Source of the DNA: an uncultured Pseudomonadota bacterium | Lineage (GTDB): Bacteria; Desulfobacterota; Binatia; Binatales; Binataceae | Reading direction: 5' to 3' | NCBI GenBank assembly: GCA_963795945.1 | Contig: CAWCJN010000004.1 | Coordinates: forward strand, 117,680-181,679 | Length of the DNA: 64,000 nt | In this document: piece by piece, positions 1-9,986 of the stretch | Position numbering within the stretch: the first letter of the stretch is position 1 | How the letters are laid out: the number at the start of each line of letters is the position of its first letter | Notes under the pieces: model-generated | What the model was told of the DNA's origin: nothing | The model's input: only the letters and a program-made list of their open reading frames with translations | Databases searched by the model: none | Translations under genes and position numbers: made by a program

Positions 1-308
1 GAATCGAATGAAAGCGAAGAACCGAGTGGAACTATCAGTTCCCCATCGAGGACAAATTCGCGGCAGGGAACATGACGCAGAACCTCGACCATCTCCGGAA
101 AATAGCGAGAGAGCGACTTGCCGGATTTCCCGATTAATTCCACTGCCATTCCGGCGCGGAAAGCCAAACAACGAAAGCCGTCCCACTTAGGCTCGAATTG
201 CCAGCCCGCCTCGGCAGGTAAGGCATCAACTACTCGTGCCTCCATTGGCGCCAGATCCAGTGGTACGCGGAGTGACTCGAAACCCTCCGCCTGCTTTCTG
301 CGTGACAA
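1..308 (-). CDS. ATP-dependent DNA ligase (stand-alone LigC-like), N-terminal part; gene runs off the window start
   Basis: Reverse-strand translation of 1-308 gives ...LRVPLDLAPMEARVVDALPAEAGWQFEPKWDGFRCLAFRAGMAVELIGKSGKSLSRYFPEMVEVL.... This contains the ligase nucleotidyltransferase motif I (KxDGxR, here EPKWDGFR) and the RYFPE pattern typical of bacterial LigC/LigD ligase domains. It is not in the supplied ORF track because it is partial. A TTG/ATG start lies near 308-245. Confidence 0.6.
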   Translation of the reverse strand, partial: MSRRKQAEGFESLRVPLDLAPMEARVVDALPAEAGWQFEPKWDGFRCLAFRAGMAVELIGKSGKSLSRYFPEMVEVLRHVPCREFVLDGELIVPLGSSLSFD

Positions 309-321
309 ATTATACAACCCT

Positions 322-1332
322 TTATCTAGTTAGCCGCTTAATCGCTTGTGCCAGCGGACGACCCGAATCCTGATAATTACTCCACGGATCATTTTTCGTC
401 AGATAACGAATCGCAGTGCGAATCGTAAAGCGGCTCGGAGCCAGATTGGATCGCACTTGCGACCAAAGTAATGGCATAGAAACCGGTGCGCCGGGTCGCG
501 CACGCGGCGAAAGCGGGGCAACCGCCGTCGCGCTCCGATCATTACGCAAATAGTCCAGAAAAATCTTGCCGAAGCGAGCCTCCTTGGACATTGTGATCAA
601 GTATCTTCCCGGATTATCAGTCGCCATTTGCGCACAGAGCTCGCGCGCGAAAGCCTTTGCTTCGGGCCATTCAACCGGCCTCTTTGGATTTTGCGTCACC
701 GGGGTGACAACGTGCAGACCCTTTCCGCCGGTCGTCTTGCAAAAACTGATCAGACCGAGCTTATCAAGACGATCGCGGAGTTCCTGCGCTGCTTCAATTA
801 CTGCTTTGAAATCGACGTCGGGAGCCGGATCAAGATCGAAAACGAAGCGGCCGGGTATCTCGGGATAATCGGGTTCGCAATTCCACGGGTGCAGCTCGAC
901 TGCAGCGAGTTGAGCCAACGCCGCGAAGGCTGCAAGCTCGTCAATCTCCAGGTATGGCTTGGGTTCGCCCGACACCTTGCGTAAATAGAACAGCTTCGGT
1001 GCACCGGGCATCGCGTGACGCTGGAAGAAATGCTCGCCGTCAATTCCGTCAGGCGCTCGAATAATAGAACATGGCCGACCCCTGATATGCTGCAAAATCC
1101 ATTCGCCGGTCGCTTCGTAATAGCGGGCCAAATCCAGCTTGGTGACCGATTTACCACCGCCATCGTTATCCCAGAGCGCCTTTTCCGGCCGCGTGAGCAT
1201 TACACCCATAATAACCACCGACTGAGTTTCGCGTCTTGACTGTATCTTAGGCTCCTGGGCAACGGTCGGGACGGGATCACTGGACGGCGAAACAGATACG
1301 CCCTCGGGCGAGATTGGTTGTTCCAGCGTCAC
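322..1332 (-). CDS. NHEJ primase-polymerase (LigD polymerase domain, stand-alone ORF)
   Basis: The 336-aa ORF carries ...[65 protein letters not shown]..., characteristic of the LigD PolDom / archaeo-eukaryotic primase fold. It starts (GTG) 5 nt after the stop of the upstream ligase ORF, in a different frame. Confidence 0.8.
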   Translation of the reverse strand: MTLEQPISPEGVSVSPSSDPVPTVAQEPKIQSRRETQSVVIMGVMLTRPEKALWDNDGGGKSVTKLDLARYYEATGEWILQHIRGRPCSIIRAPDGIDGEHFFQRHAMPGAPKLFYLRKVSGEPKPYLEIDELAAFAALAQLAAVELHPWNCEPDYPEIPGRFVFDLDPAPDVDFKAVIEAAQELRDRLDKLGLISFCKTTGGKGLHVVTPVTQNPKRPVEWPEAKAFARELCAQMATDNPGRYLITMSKEARFGKIFLDYLRNDRSATAVAPLSPRARPGAPVSMPLLWSQVRSNLAPSRFTIRTAIRYLTKNDPWSNYQDSGRPLAQAIKRLTR

Positions 1333-1334
1333 GT

Positions 1335-2996
1335 CTAGGCGCGCTTGTCCAGACGCAATCCCTTGAAAGCCGCCTGACGCACTATGCCATCATGTGTAAA
1401 GCCCGCGAATTCTATTTCAGCTACCAGCTCTGGCTCTACCCAATGTACCAGTGGACTTCTGGCGGGGATTCGATCAGCAACGAACGGACTTTTCTGACTA
1501 TTCAGTATTTTAAGGCGCTGTAGAAGCCGATTGGCGATATCATGGGTGAAGCCGGTGCCGACACGTCCGCAGTAGGCCAATCCATTGTCACGGTAGATTC
1601 CGACCAGTAATGACCGTAACTGACCAGCGTTTTCGCTCCATCCGCCGATCACAACTTCCTGACTCGGCCGACACTTCGACTTGGTCCACCCACCATTGCG
1701 ACTAGCCTTATAAGGAGCATCTCGAAGCTTCGATATAATGCCCTCAAGCCCCATTTGACACGCCATTTCGAGGACTCGTTTGCCGTCGTCCTCATAGTAT
1801 TCGACGTATCGGAGCGGTGATTCCGGTTCGCGCGCGTTACTTTCCTCAAGCATTGTGTGCAGTCGCTGCTTGCGCGTAATCAGCGAAGCACTACGCAAGT
1901 CAAGATTGCCATCAAATAGAAGATCGAATGCCAGAAGGAACAATTCGCCGGAAGCACCCTCTGAGAGCGCCGCTTGAAGCAGACTAAAATTAGAGACGCC
2001 CTTCTTATTGAGCGCGACTATCTCGCCATCAATGATCGAGTCCGGAAGCGACTGCGCCGAGCGGGCGATGCGCGGAAACTTATCAGTCCAGTCGAGTCCA
2101 GTACGCGTGAGCAGCGCTATCTTACCATCGCGAACGTGGAGCTGCGTGCGATAACCGTCGAATTTGATCTCATGGACCCATTCCGGACCGGAAGGGACTG
2201 AATCGACTAATCTACAGAGTTGCGGCGGGATGAATTTGAAAGGCTTATGCCGGTGGCACGCAGCGGGTTTGGGCGGCTGGACTAATTTTGCATTTTTGGT
2301 CGAGCCCGCACCGTCGTGCTCCGACTCCTGAGGTTTGCGATCAGCCTTGGAATTCCAAACCGCATTCGCGGCGGGCGCGATCGCGAGCATAAAAGGACGA
2401 GGTCGCCGCCCGGTTCCTTTTGCGATCTCGGCGATGGTTCGGCCGGACGCAACCGAAGCGTCGTCGCTGAGCAGGGTGTCACAATCATTTTCGCGCGCAC
2501 TCTCATCGCGATGTTTGATCAGCAGCCAATTAGTACGTTTGCCGCCGGCTCGATCATGTTTCATGCGCACCAGCACCCAGCTTCCGTGAAGGCGTTGTCC
2601 ATCGAGCTGGAATTTCAAATCGCCCAACGCCAAGGCCTGCTGCGGCGTGACTTCATTTTCGGCTATCCAATAGCCCCGGTCCCATAATTGAACGGTCCCG
2701 CCGCCGTATTGACCAGCAGGTATGGTGCCTTCGAAATCGCCGTATTCAAGTGGATGGTCCTCGACTTCGACTGCGAGCCGTTTGTCACGAGGATCAAGCG
2801 AAGGTCCGCGCGTGACCGCCCACGATTTGAATACGCCGTCTAATTCCAGTCGCAAATCATAGTGTAATCGTCGTGCCGCGTGTTTTTGAATTACAAAGCG
2901 GAGCCGCGAAGCTGGCGCTATTGGTCGTTCGCCGCTCGGTTCGCTGGTTTTCTCGAAGTTCCGTTTGGCTCGGTAAGTGGTGAGCTGCTTCTTCAA
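1335..2996 (-). CDS. ligD: LigD 3'-phosphoesterase + ATP-dependent DNA ligase (PE-Lig)
   Basis: N-terminus: [13 protein letters not shown]...[37 protein letters not shown], a LigD phosphoesterase domain. Middle: EIKFDGYR, ligase motif I (KxDG), plus a downstream OB-fold region. Confidence 0.85.
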   Translation of the reverse strand: MKKQLTTYRAKRNFEKTSEPSGERPIAPASRLRFVIQKHAARRLHYDLRLELDGVFKSWAVTRGPSLDPRDKRLAVEVEDHPLEYGDFEGTIPAGQYGGGTVQLWDRGYWIAENEVTPQQALALGDLKFQLDGQRLHGSWVLVRMKHDRAGGKRTNWLLIKHRDESARENDCDTLLSDDASVASGRTIAEIAKGTGRRPRPFMLAIAPAANAVWNSKADRKPQESEHDGAGSTKNAKLVQPPKPAACHRHKPFKFIPPQLCRLVDSVPSGPEWVHEIKFDGYRTQLHVRDGKIALLTRTGLDWTDKFPRIARSAQSLPDSIIDGEIVALNKKGVSNFSLLQAALSEGASGELFLLAFDLLFDGNLDLRSASLITRKQRLHTMLEESNAREPESPLRYVEYYEDDGKRVLEMACQMGLEGIISKLRDAPYKASRNGGWTKSKCRPSQEVVIGGWSENAGQLRSLLVGIYRDNGLAYCGRVGTGFTHDIANRLLQRLKILNSQKSPFVADRIPARSPLVHWVEPELVAEIEFAGFTHDGIVRQAAFKGLRLDKRA

Positions 2997-3045
2997 AGAG
3001 TGCCTTGCTCCCTCGATCGATTCCGAGCACTCAGCACATTCAATG

Positions 3046-3747
3046 TTATGATCTTATTCGACCTGATTTCGTAGAAGAACGGCTTTTCTTTCGAGTTCCG
3101 CCGTGTGCATCGAGTATTCGACGATGCACCAGCTTTGCCGCTGAACCCGGACTCGAGCGCTGACCTCGACGGGCGGGCGAGTCAAAATTAACCTCCGTTG
3201 ATTTCTGAATATCGGCTTTGAGCACCAGCTTCATCTGCGACAAAGAATAATTGGTATCTTCCAGCGTGTTAGCAGCTACACAGTCACGCGGAACATACAG
3301 CCGGTAATCACGCATATAAGCATCATTAGCCGTGAACAGCACACATATATTGGCGGCCATTCCGGTCAAAATCAGAGTCTTAATCCCAAGATATTCCAGC
3401 AGGATTTCGAGTGTGGTGGCGTGAAAACCTGAATGCTTCGGTTTGAGCACAAAGTAGTCATCTTCATCCGGTCTTAGGAGCTCGACGATTGGTGCGCCGA
3501 TGGTATCGTCATCGACGCAATGACCGATTATGCGACGGAAATCAGATTTCCACTGGCCAAAGTTGTCATTAACGTATATGCACGGCACCCTATGTTGCTT
3601 GGCGCGTCGTTTAAGAGTCGCGAGATTCCGAGCCATTGGCAGCGCCTGCATGAGCAGTTTTTCAGAGCCCGGAAAATCCAAGTCATTAATAACATCGATT
3701 AGGACTAACGCGATGGTCGAAGTTTTGACGGGTGTCTCGGTCGCCAA
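3046..3747 (-). CDS. isochorismatase-family (cysteine) hydrolase
   Basis: Residues 11-20 (IALVLIDVIN) form a D-containing N-terminal strand. TLILTGMAANICV matches the conserved catalytic Cys region of isochorismatase-like hydrolases. Confidence 0.7.
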   Translation of the reverse strand: MATETPVKTSTIALVLIDVINDLDFPGSEKLLMQALPMARNLATLKRRAKQHRVPCIYVNDNFGQWKSDFRRIIGHCVDDDTIGAPIVELLRPDEDDYFVLKPKHSGFHATTLEILLEYLGIKTLILTGMAANICVLFTANDAYMRDYRLYVPRDCVAANTLEDTNYSLSQMKLVLKADIQKSTEVNFDSPARRGQRSSPGSAAKLVHRRILDAHGGTRKKSRSSTKSGRIRS

Positions 3748-3786
3748 GCTTAAGTACCTTTATGACTGGAGTAAGAACGAATATAT

Positions 3787-5145
3787 TCAGTGAAGCCGTA
3801 CGCCCGCCAAGTCGATAAGTAATGCGCCATTAAGTGTAATCACTAGAGCAGTGGCAACCATCGCGAGCGCAGACGTCAACCACCCATTCGTGAACGATTT
3901 CATCAGGTCGGGCTTTGACGTAAGTATCAACAGCGAGACCATCGGGACCGGCAGCACCAGACTGAGTACCACTTGACTGAGGATAAGCACTTCCGTTGGA
4001 TTGAAGCTCAAGCCGACCACAATAAACGCCGGTACCATAGTGAGCAATCTGCGTAGCCAGACTGGAATCCGGAAGCCGACAAAACCCTGCATAATCACCT
4101 GGCCAGCCATCGTTCCCACCGTTGAACTCGAGATTCCTGAGGCGATCAGTGATATTATGAAGATTCCGGCAGCACCGCCACCTAAAATTGGAATCAGCGC
4201 ACGATAGGCCGATTCAAGATCGGGCGCGGTTCCATGTTCACGGTTATAGAAAGCAACCGCCGCTGTCGTTATCATCGCGAGGTTAATTAGTCCGGCAATA
4301 GTTAATGCCACTATTACCTCGCGATTCGAAAACTTCAGCAGCTTTCGCTGCTCAGCGTGGTTATGCGGAACGATCCGATCCTGCACGAGACCTGAATGTA
4401 GGTAGATTGCGTGAGGCATGACCGTCGCCCCGACAATACCAACGGCAAGAGTTAATGCCCTGCTCCCGCTAAACACAGGAACCAAAATATGATCAGCGAC
4501 TTTCGCCCACGATGGCGGCGCCAGAAATAATTCGAGCAAATAACTAGTTCCAACTATTCCGATGAGACCTATTATGACGAATTCGAGTGGGCGAAACCCC
4601 CGGCTTTGCAGACTCAAAATCAGACATGTGATCACGCCTGCAAGTAACATCCCATCAAATAACGAAACCTGCAAAAGCAGCGACAATCCAATTGCAGCGC
4701 CGAGAAATTCAGCCAAATCCGTGGCCATTGCGGCGAGTTCAGTTGATCCCCACATTGCCCACACAATGACTTGGGGAAAATGCTCGCGACTCAATTCGGC
4801 CAAATTACGTCCGGTTACAATGCCGAGCTTGGCCGATTGGCTTTGTAGAAACATCGCGATCAGCGACGCAACCACGACGATAGATAGTAAGTCGTAATTA
4901 TAACGCGCCCCAGCCTGTAAGTTCGTCGCTAGATTGCCCGGATCAATATAAGCAATCGAGGCGATTATAGCGGGACCGACAAACGGAAGCGCCGCGCGCA
5001 AACCTCGCCTTTCGCCGCACAGCGCTTGGCGGCCGGCATCAATAGTTCGTTCGGTGAGGTTGCTTCGGACTTCCGACGCACGGGAAAGCTCGTCTTTGAA
5101 AATCTCGAACTTTCCCGCACTCGAAACGCATCTAGCTAAGGACAC
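3787..5145 (-). CDS. mntH: Nramp-family divalent metal (Mn2+/Fe2+) transporter
   Basis: 452 aa and polytopic. Carries the Nramp signature DPGNLATNLQAGA and the conserved MPH motif (TVMPHAIYLHS). Confidence 0.85.
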   Translation of the reverse strand: MSLARCVSSAGKFEIFKDELSRASEVRSNLTERTIDAGRQALCGERRGLRAALPFVGPAIIASIAYIDPGNLATNLQAGARYNYDLLSIVVVASLIAMFLQSQSAKLGIVTGRNLAELSREHFPQVIVWAMWGSTELAAMATDLAEFLGAAIGLSLLLQVSLFDGMLLAGVITCLILSLQSRGFRPLEFVIIGLIGIVGTSYLLELFLAPPSWAKVADHILVPVFSGSRALTLAVGIVGATVMPHAIYLHSGLVQDRIVPHNHAEQRKLLKFSNREVIVALTIAGLINLAMITTAAVAFYNREHGTAPDLESAYRALIPILGGGAAGIFIISLIASGISSSTVGTMAGQVIMQGFVGFRIPVWLRRLLTMVPAFIVVGLSFNPTEVLILSQVVLSLVLPVPMVSLLILTSKPDLMKSFTNGWLTSALAMVATALVITLNGALLIDLAGVRLH

Positions 5146-5162
5146 AGATCACCCGCTAAATG

Positions 5163-5990
5163 CTAACTACGTTTGCCGCCGTCCACTGGCTTACTCTCTA
5201 CCGAAGGATGTGGATCGAGCGGGGGCGGCATCTCCGCATCTTTGTTAGAAGGCTGTAACTTGAAGCCCCATGGCGAGGAAGAAACTAATTCAAAGCCGGA
5301 AACTTTTTTGCCCTGCTCACCCGAATCATCGAAGTAGGCGTGCGCAAATTCCTGAATACCAGCGAACTTGCCGGGTGGAAAATTATTAACGATCGCGTCG
5401 AGCGCTGCTTCAAACATTTTCTGATGAGCAATTTCGCGCGTCATCAGAAAATTCAATGTCTCGCGGCAGCTACTGTCATTGGAAAGCTTGATAAGTCGCT
5501 CATAAACGAGTTTCGCGCGCGCTTCAGCCGCGATGTCCGATCGCAGGTCCGCTGTCGGTTCGCCGATCGTGTCTATGTATGCGGCAGTCCAGGGAGTACC
5601 CATGGAATCCGTCAGCCTCGGTCCCGCCCCGCCTACGAGAGTTTGACCACTACTGAGCGAGGCCTCGATAAACTTTTCATGTTTGCCATCCAGCAATTGA
5701 CCGAGATACCCGCTTTCGACTTCATCAATTTGTGCGCCGGGACTTCCCTTTAATAATTGAACCAGTGTTTGGCCGACCATCTCGAGATGCGAAAGCTCCT
5801 CGGTAGCGATATCCAACAGCATGTCGCGGCGCTTCACGTCGGGTTCAGCCCACCCTTGGGTGAAGTAACGCATCGCAGCGGCTAATTCGCCGTTTGGCCC
5901 ACCGAATTGCTCTAATAGCATCTTTGCAAATTCAGGATTTGGTTCGTCCACTCGCACAGTAAACATCATTTTTTGGTTATGGAGGAACAT
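5163..5990 (-). CDS. manganese (non-haem) catalase
   Basis: The N-terminus MFLHNQKMMFTVRVDEPNPEFAKMLLEQFGGPNGELAAAMRYFTQGW and EELSHLEMV...REIAHQKMF match the ferritin-like di-Mn catalase family (the E..H pairs of a dimetal centre). It is 17 nt upstream of mntH, so the two are probably co-transcribed. Confidence 0.85.
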   Translation of the reverse strand: MFLHNQKMMFTVRVDEPNPEFAKMLLEQFGGPNGELAAAMRYFTQGWAEPDVKRRDMLLDIATEELSHLEMVGQTLVQLLKGSPGAQIDEVESGYLGQLLDGKHEKFIEASLSSGQTLVGGAGPRLTDSMGTPWTAAYIDTIGEPTADLRSDIAAEARAKLVYERLIKLSNDSSCRETLNFLMTREIAHQKMFEAALDAIVNNFPPGKFAGIQEFAHAYFDDSGEQGKKVSGFELVSSSPWGFKLQPSNKDAEMPPPLDPHPSVESKPVDGGKRS

Positions 5991-6505
5991 CGATTACTCT
6001 CCCATATTTTGTAACTGTTTAATCAGAAAATTTTGAAAGCGGAGTTTTTAGCCAAACAGCTTAACGACTCAGATATTAACCTCCTTAATCGGCCTGCATT
6101 AATGAATTCGAATATCAGTAATTCAGTCTCGCCATTTGCCAAGGTGAACGACAACCACAGCGCAATCGATGTGCCATGACTGCAATTCGCCTATAGGATG
6201 CTGAAACGCGATCAATAGTCATCAAGATTAGATAGAGGTAAGTTTTACTCTGGTCTTTGGCATACTGCTGAGCGCGTTTAATAGAATTGAATCTTCGAAT
6301 TGAGAAGAGCCGGCTTCCAATCTGATTGGAGCACATCTGAGAGAATTCCGAGACGTCACAGGAGATGACGTCTGATTGAATCGATAGGCAAGTCTCGATG
6401 GAAAGGGCTGCAATATGTCTGCCCAACACTGGTACTTGGCAACGCATCTTCGGATCGCTAGGGAGTGCAATCAAAAATTGTGCAATGTGTGGAAGATAAG
6501 GTCAT

Positions 6506-6592
6506 GGTGCCGAGGGCGGGACTTGAACCCGCATGTGGTTGCCCACGGTGGATTTTGAGTCCACTGCGTCTGCCATTTCGCCACCTCGGCAC
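6506..6592 (-). tRNA. tRNA-Leu (anticodon CAA)
   Basis: The reverse complement reads GTGCCGAGGTGGCGAAATGGCAGACGCAGTGGACTCAAAATCCACCGTGGGCAACCACATGCGGGTTCAAGTCCCGCCCTCGGCACCA. It has a 7-bp acceptor stem, a long variable arm (class II), the GTTCAAGTC T-arm, and CT-CAA-AA in the anticodon loop. Confidence 0.85.
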
Positions 6593-6709
6593 AAGGCGAC
6601 CGCTTGATTGAAACAGCTTCATGGCGTTTGGGCAATGGCTTGGCGTTCCGCTGCTAAACGAGTATGTGGTGAAAAGCGTAGTCCGTCCGAAAAACGTGAG
6701 GTACCGAAC

Positions 6710-7792
6710 ATGCCGGAACGATCATCGCAAATCGATAGTGATAAAGCTCAGAAATTAGCGGAGCTGGTCTTCGGATTATTAGGAGGAGCGTACGTCTCCG
6801 CGATGGTGTATCTGGGCGATCGCATGGGTTTGTATCAAGCGATGAGCGGCCAAGGTCGGTTGACGAGTGAGGAGTTGGCGCGCAAGACCGGATTACACGA
6901 ACGTTGGCTCCGGGAATGGCTGCACGGACAGGTGGCGGCCGGGCTGATCGATTATGCAGGCGAAGGAAAGTTTGCACTTAGCGCCGAAGCTGCGTTCGTG
7001 CTGGCAGACGAGAATAGTCCGCTATTTCTGGCAGGCGGATTTTGCAGTCTGCCACAACAGATGGCCGTGCTGGACAAGCTGCCGGAATCATTCAAGAGCG
7101 GCATTGGGCTTACCTATGATCAGCTTGGGCCGGAGGTGAATCGCGGAGTAGAGCGATTGCTCGCGCCGTGGTTCCGCACGCAATTGGTGCCGGTGGCGCT
7201 GCCTAAGCTCGACGGGGTAGCGAACAAGCTTGAACACGGGGCAAAAGTCGCCGACGTGGGATGCGGCTCAGGCGTCGCGTTGATCGAAATGGCAAAAGCG
7301 TATCCGCGTTCGAGCTTCCACGGATATGATATTGCGAAGATTCCGTTGGCCCGAGCAGTCGAAAATGCTACACAGGCCGGAGTATCGAACATCAAATTTC
7401 ATGATGCTGTGCGAGAGCCTCTGCCGACGGATGGCAGCTTCGATTTCATCACAACATTCGACTGCCTGCATGATATGACTCGTCCCGACCTCGTGATGCT
7501 GGCGATTCGGAAGGCGATCAAGCCGGATGGCACGTGGCTGATCGCAGATGTGCACGGCCAACCGACCTTTGAAAAGAATTTGACGGATAATCCATTGGCA
7601 GCGTTCATGTACAGCATCTCTGTGATGTGCTGCATGTCGTCGGCGTTGTCGGAGGCAGGGGGCCTTGGTCTCGGCACATTAGGTTTTCCCGAGCCGGTCG
7701 CGCGCAAAATGACTGCCGCTGCGGGATTCAGCCGTTTCGTGACGCGCGACTTCGAGAATCCGATCAATGCCTACTACGAGGTGCGCGTGTAA
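6710..7792 (+). CDS. class I SAM-dependent methyltransferase with N-terminal winged-helix/dimerisation region
   Basis: Motif I (VADVGCGSGVALIEMA) is followed by an acidic residue after beta2 (HGYDIA). The start is placed at the internal Met, after a GAGG ribosome-binding site, rather than at the long ORF start. Confidence 0.7.
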   Translation: MPERSSQIDSDKAQKLAELVFGLLGGAYVSAMVYLGDRMGLYQAMSGQGRLTSEELARKTGLHERWLREWLHGQVAAGLIDYAGEGKFALSAEAAFVLADENSPLFLAGGFCSLPQQMAVLDKLPESFKSGIGLTYDQLGPEVNRGVERLLAPWFRTQLVPVALPKLDGVANKLEHGAKVADVGCGSGVALIEMAKAYPRSSFHGYDIAKIPLARAVENATQAGVSNIKFHDAVREPLPTDGSFDFITTFDCLHDMTRPDLVMLAIRKAIKPDGTWLIADVHGQPTFEKNLTDNPLAAFMYSISVMCCMSSALSEAGGLGLGTLGFPEPVARKMTAAAGFSRFVTRDFENPINAYYEVRV

Positions 7793-7798
7793 GCAGGC

Positions 7799-8641
7799 TT
7801 AAGGCCAGCCGGCGCTGGCGACTGCCACATCCATCGTGTCGATATGCGCGCTGCGCTTTTCGCGACACTCTTCGGGATGGATGCTGTCGGAAAAAAGGAC
7901 AAAGAGAGTTTTGCGTGCGGGACCACCGAGCGCGCATGCAATCGGCATCGAGTCACATCGGATGCGATCGGTGACCGCCCCACCCTCCTTCACTCGTATC
8001 AGTTCCTTACTGAGTGGCGAGGCGACCCATACTGCATTTTCAGCGTCGAGTGCGATGCCGTCGGGTACGGCTTCGCCAAGCTCGGCAAAGATACGCCGGT
8101 CGATTAGCGAGCCATCGGGTTGAATTGTAAAGGACGTGAGCCGATGGCCCATCGACTCGCCGACGATAAGCGTCTTTTCATCGGGGGTGATAACTGTTCC
8201 GTTAGGAAAATCGAGACCCTCGGCAACAATGCGCGCAGAACCGTCGGAATTAACCAGCACCAGCTCGGCTGGTTTTTGCGGCGCATTAGAGAGCAGGTCA
8301 TAACCGAAATTGCCGACGTAAGCCCGCCCTTTCCCATCCACCACCATGTCGTTGCAGTGGAAGGACGCTAGATGACTGATATGGGCGTGAGTCTTAAGCT
8401 GACCGTCCTCCAGCCGTAGCAGTTTGCGATCAGTCATTGAGACTATGAGCAGGCGGCCATCCGGGAGCCATCCGAGGCCGGAAGGCCAAGTAGGAACTTC
8501 GACGATGTCGTGCGCCTGACCGTTGAGATCAACAGTGCGGACCTTGTGCCCATGCATGTCCGAAAACCACAGTTTGCCGTCGTGCCAGCGCGGTCCTTCG
8601 GGAAAGATCAGATTGTTGAGCAATGTCTTGAATTGAGCCAT
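7799..8641 (-). CDS. SMP-30/gluconolactonase/LRE-family beta-propeller hydrolase
   Basis: FPEGPRWHDGKLWFSDMHGHKV and repeated D-G / N-G blade motifs (DFPNGTVITPDEKTL) match the SMP-30/gluconolactonase family. Confidence 0.75.
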   Translation of the reverse strand: MAQFKTLLNNLIFPEGPRWHDGKLWFSDMHGHKVRTVDLNGQAHDIVEVPTWPSGLGWLPDGRLLIVSMTDRKLLRLEDGQLKTHAHISHLASFHCNDMVVDGKGRAYVGNFGYDLLSNAPQKPAELVLVNSDGSARIVAEGLDFPNGTVITPDEKTLIVGESMGHRLTSFTIQPDGSLIDRRIFAELGEAVPDGIALDAENAVWVASPLSKELIRVKEGGAVTDRIRCDSMPIACALGGPARKTLFVLFSDSIHPEECREKRSAHIDTMDVAVASAGWP

Positions 8642-8774
8642 AGATAAATCTCCTTCGACCGCGACACTGTAAGCTCCGCTTAGCATAAAAGTGGCTGGCG
8701 CATAAACATTTCGGCAGTTAAGCGATATTCACATACAGATGCTCCGCCGTCATGGCGAGGCTCCTTACTGAGCA

Positions 8775-9308
8775 ATGAAACGTTTCACCCTTATCTTAGT
8801 TCACGCATTTTGGCAGATGGTGCTGATGCATTCTTTACTCAGATGGTTCAGAGACTGGCTATTGCCGGAACTAAGGTTGAGTACACGACCGCTGCTGATA
8901 ATCGGCGGGATCGGAAGCGCTCTAACTTGGGCAACGACATCATATGCCGGCAACATCATTAATTTTGCGACAACTGGAGCGGCCGGCACTGCGATCGTGA
9001 TATCGAATACTACGCCAACGCAACTGCTCAAGGCCGGCAGCGCCCGCTACGGATGGACCGTCTTCTGTAGTGGAACGGCCGGCTCGATCGCAGTGATGGT
9101 TGAACCGGGCGACTCCGTGGGTAATCCAGCGGGGATGGCGGCCAACACCGTTGCTCCATCACAAACGATCGGTTTCCCGATTCCAGCGAATACTCTTGTC
9201 AGCGATCAAGATTTTCCGCTGCGTGGACTCGACGCGCTCCATCAGCGGCTCGATGCTGAAGCGCAAGGCGGCGCTCCGACCAACTGTTACACGTGGGAGG
9301 AGCAATAA
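8775..9308 (+). CDS. hypothetical membrane-anchored protein, upstream partner of the tail-fibre-like repeat proteins
   Basis: Hydrophobic N-terminus followed by a Thr/Gly/Ala-rich region. No family was recognised. It lies 3 nt from the next ORF. Confidence 0.35.
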   Translation: MKRFTLILVHAFWQMVLMHSLLRWFRDWLLPELRLSTRPLLIIGGIGSALTWATTSYAGNIINFATTGAAGTAIVISNTTPTQLLKAGSARYGWTVFCSGTAGSIAVMVEPGDSVGNPAGMAANTVAPSQTIGFPIPANTLVSDQDFPLRGLDALHQRLDAEAQGGAPTNCYTWEEQ

Positions 9309-9311
9309 ATC

Positions 9312-9986
9312 ATGTACGCAAATTTCGCGCGACACGGTTCATTGGCATTAAGCGCAAAGACTCGCCGCGACAGAACTAATACCTGGGCGCTCGCGATCGC
9401 AGTAGTTGCAATGGTGCTAACCTCATCGCTCATCGCGAACGCGGCTCCGTGGGGCAATGGCGGAGCCGGGGGTGCTGGTGGCGCGAGTGGCACCATTAAC
9501 TCTGGTGTAACTGGTCAGCTTGCCTATTATCCGGGGAATGGAGCAGCAATCAGTGGGGCGACGGTTGGCGGCGACTGCGCATTCAGTTCACCGAGTAATT
9601 TTCTTTGCACGAAGACTAACGGTTGTGTCTTCGCAGCATCTGCAACGACGGACACCACCAACGCTTCGAACATCTCTGCAGGAACATTGCCGACAGGACG
9701 CATGCCGGCACTGAGCGGTGATTGCATCACCACGGTCGGTGGCGTCGCGACTACCTGTACAAAGACTAATGGGATAGCGTTCGCGCCGTCAGCGACAACT
9801 GATGCGACAAATGCCGCTAATATTTCGTCGGGTACGCTGAGCGCGGCGCGGCTGCCGACGCCAACCTCGTCAACTCTCGGCGGGGGCAGGCGTTCACGCC
9901 TGTCAGCCATCAATGGATCAATGGAGTGTCAGCGACTGGAGCGCACACCTCTTCACAGCCCGCGGCAAGCGATATCTCGGGATTAG
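9312..9986 (+). CDS. secreted Gly/Thr-rich repeat protein with phage-tail-fibre-like motifs (N-terminal piece of a split gene)
   Basis: Signal peptide (WALAIAVVAMVLTSSLIANA|AP). A Gly-rich stretch precedes two copies of a roughly 45-aa repeat: C-x-F-[SA]-x-[PS]...CTKTNG-x-x-FA-x-SATTD-x-TNA-x-NIS-x-GTL-x-x-x-R-[ML]-P. Confidence 0.5.
   Translation: MYANFARHGSLALSAKTRRDRTNTWALAIAVVAMVLTSSLIANAAPWGNGGAGGAGGASGTINSGVTGQLAYYPGNGAAISGATVGGDCAFSSPSNFLCTKTNGCVFAASATTDTTNASNISAGTLPTGRMPALSGDCITTVGGVATTCTKTNGIAFAPSATTDATNAANISSGTLSAARLPTPTSSTLGGGRRSRLSAINGSMECQRLERTPLHSPRQAISRD

Noticed and set aside
8-333. Plus-strand ORFs 8-190 and 118-333
   Set aside because: The minus strand here encodes a clear ATP-dependent ligase N-terminus (KxDG motif). 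The plus-strand ORFs are antisense artefacts.
1649-2687. Nested ORFs inside ligD (1649-1849, 1974-2201, 2282-2506, 2316-2687, 2335-2589)
   Set aside because: They lie fully inside a well-supported gene in a high-GC region and have no recognisable motifs.
6115-6474. Two minus-strand ORFs (119 and 80 aa) in the AT-rich spacer between the catalase gene and the tRNA
   Set aside because: Low-complexity translations and no motifs. The region is more plausibly the promoter/leader of the catalase-mntH operon.
6000-6506. Possible genomic island integrated at tRNA-Leu
   Set aside because: No integrase, no direct repeat of the tRNA 3' end, and housekeeping-type genes flank it.
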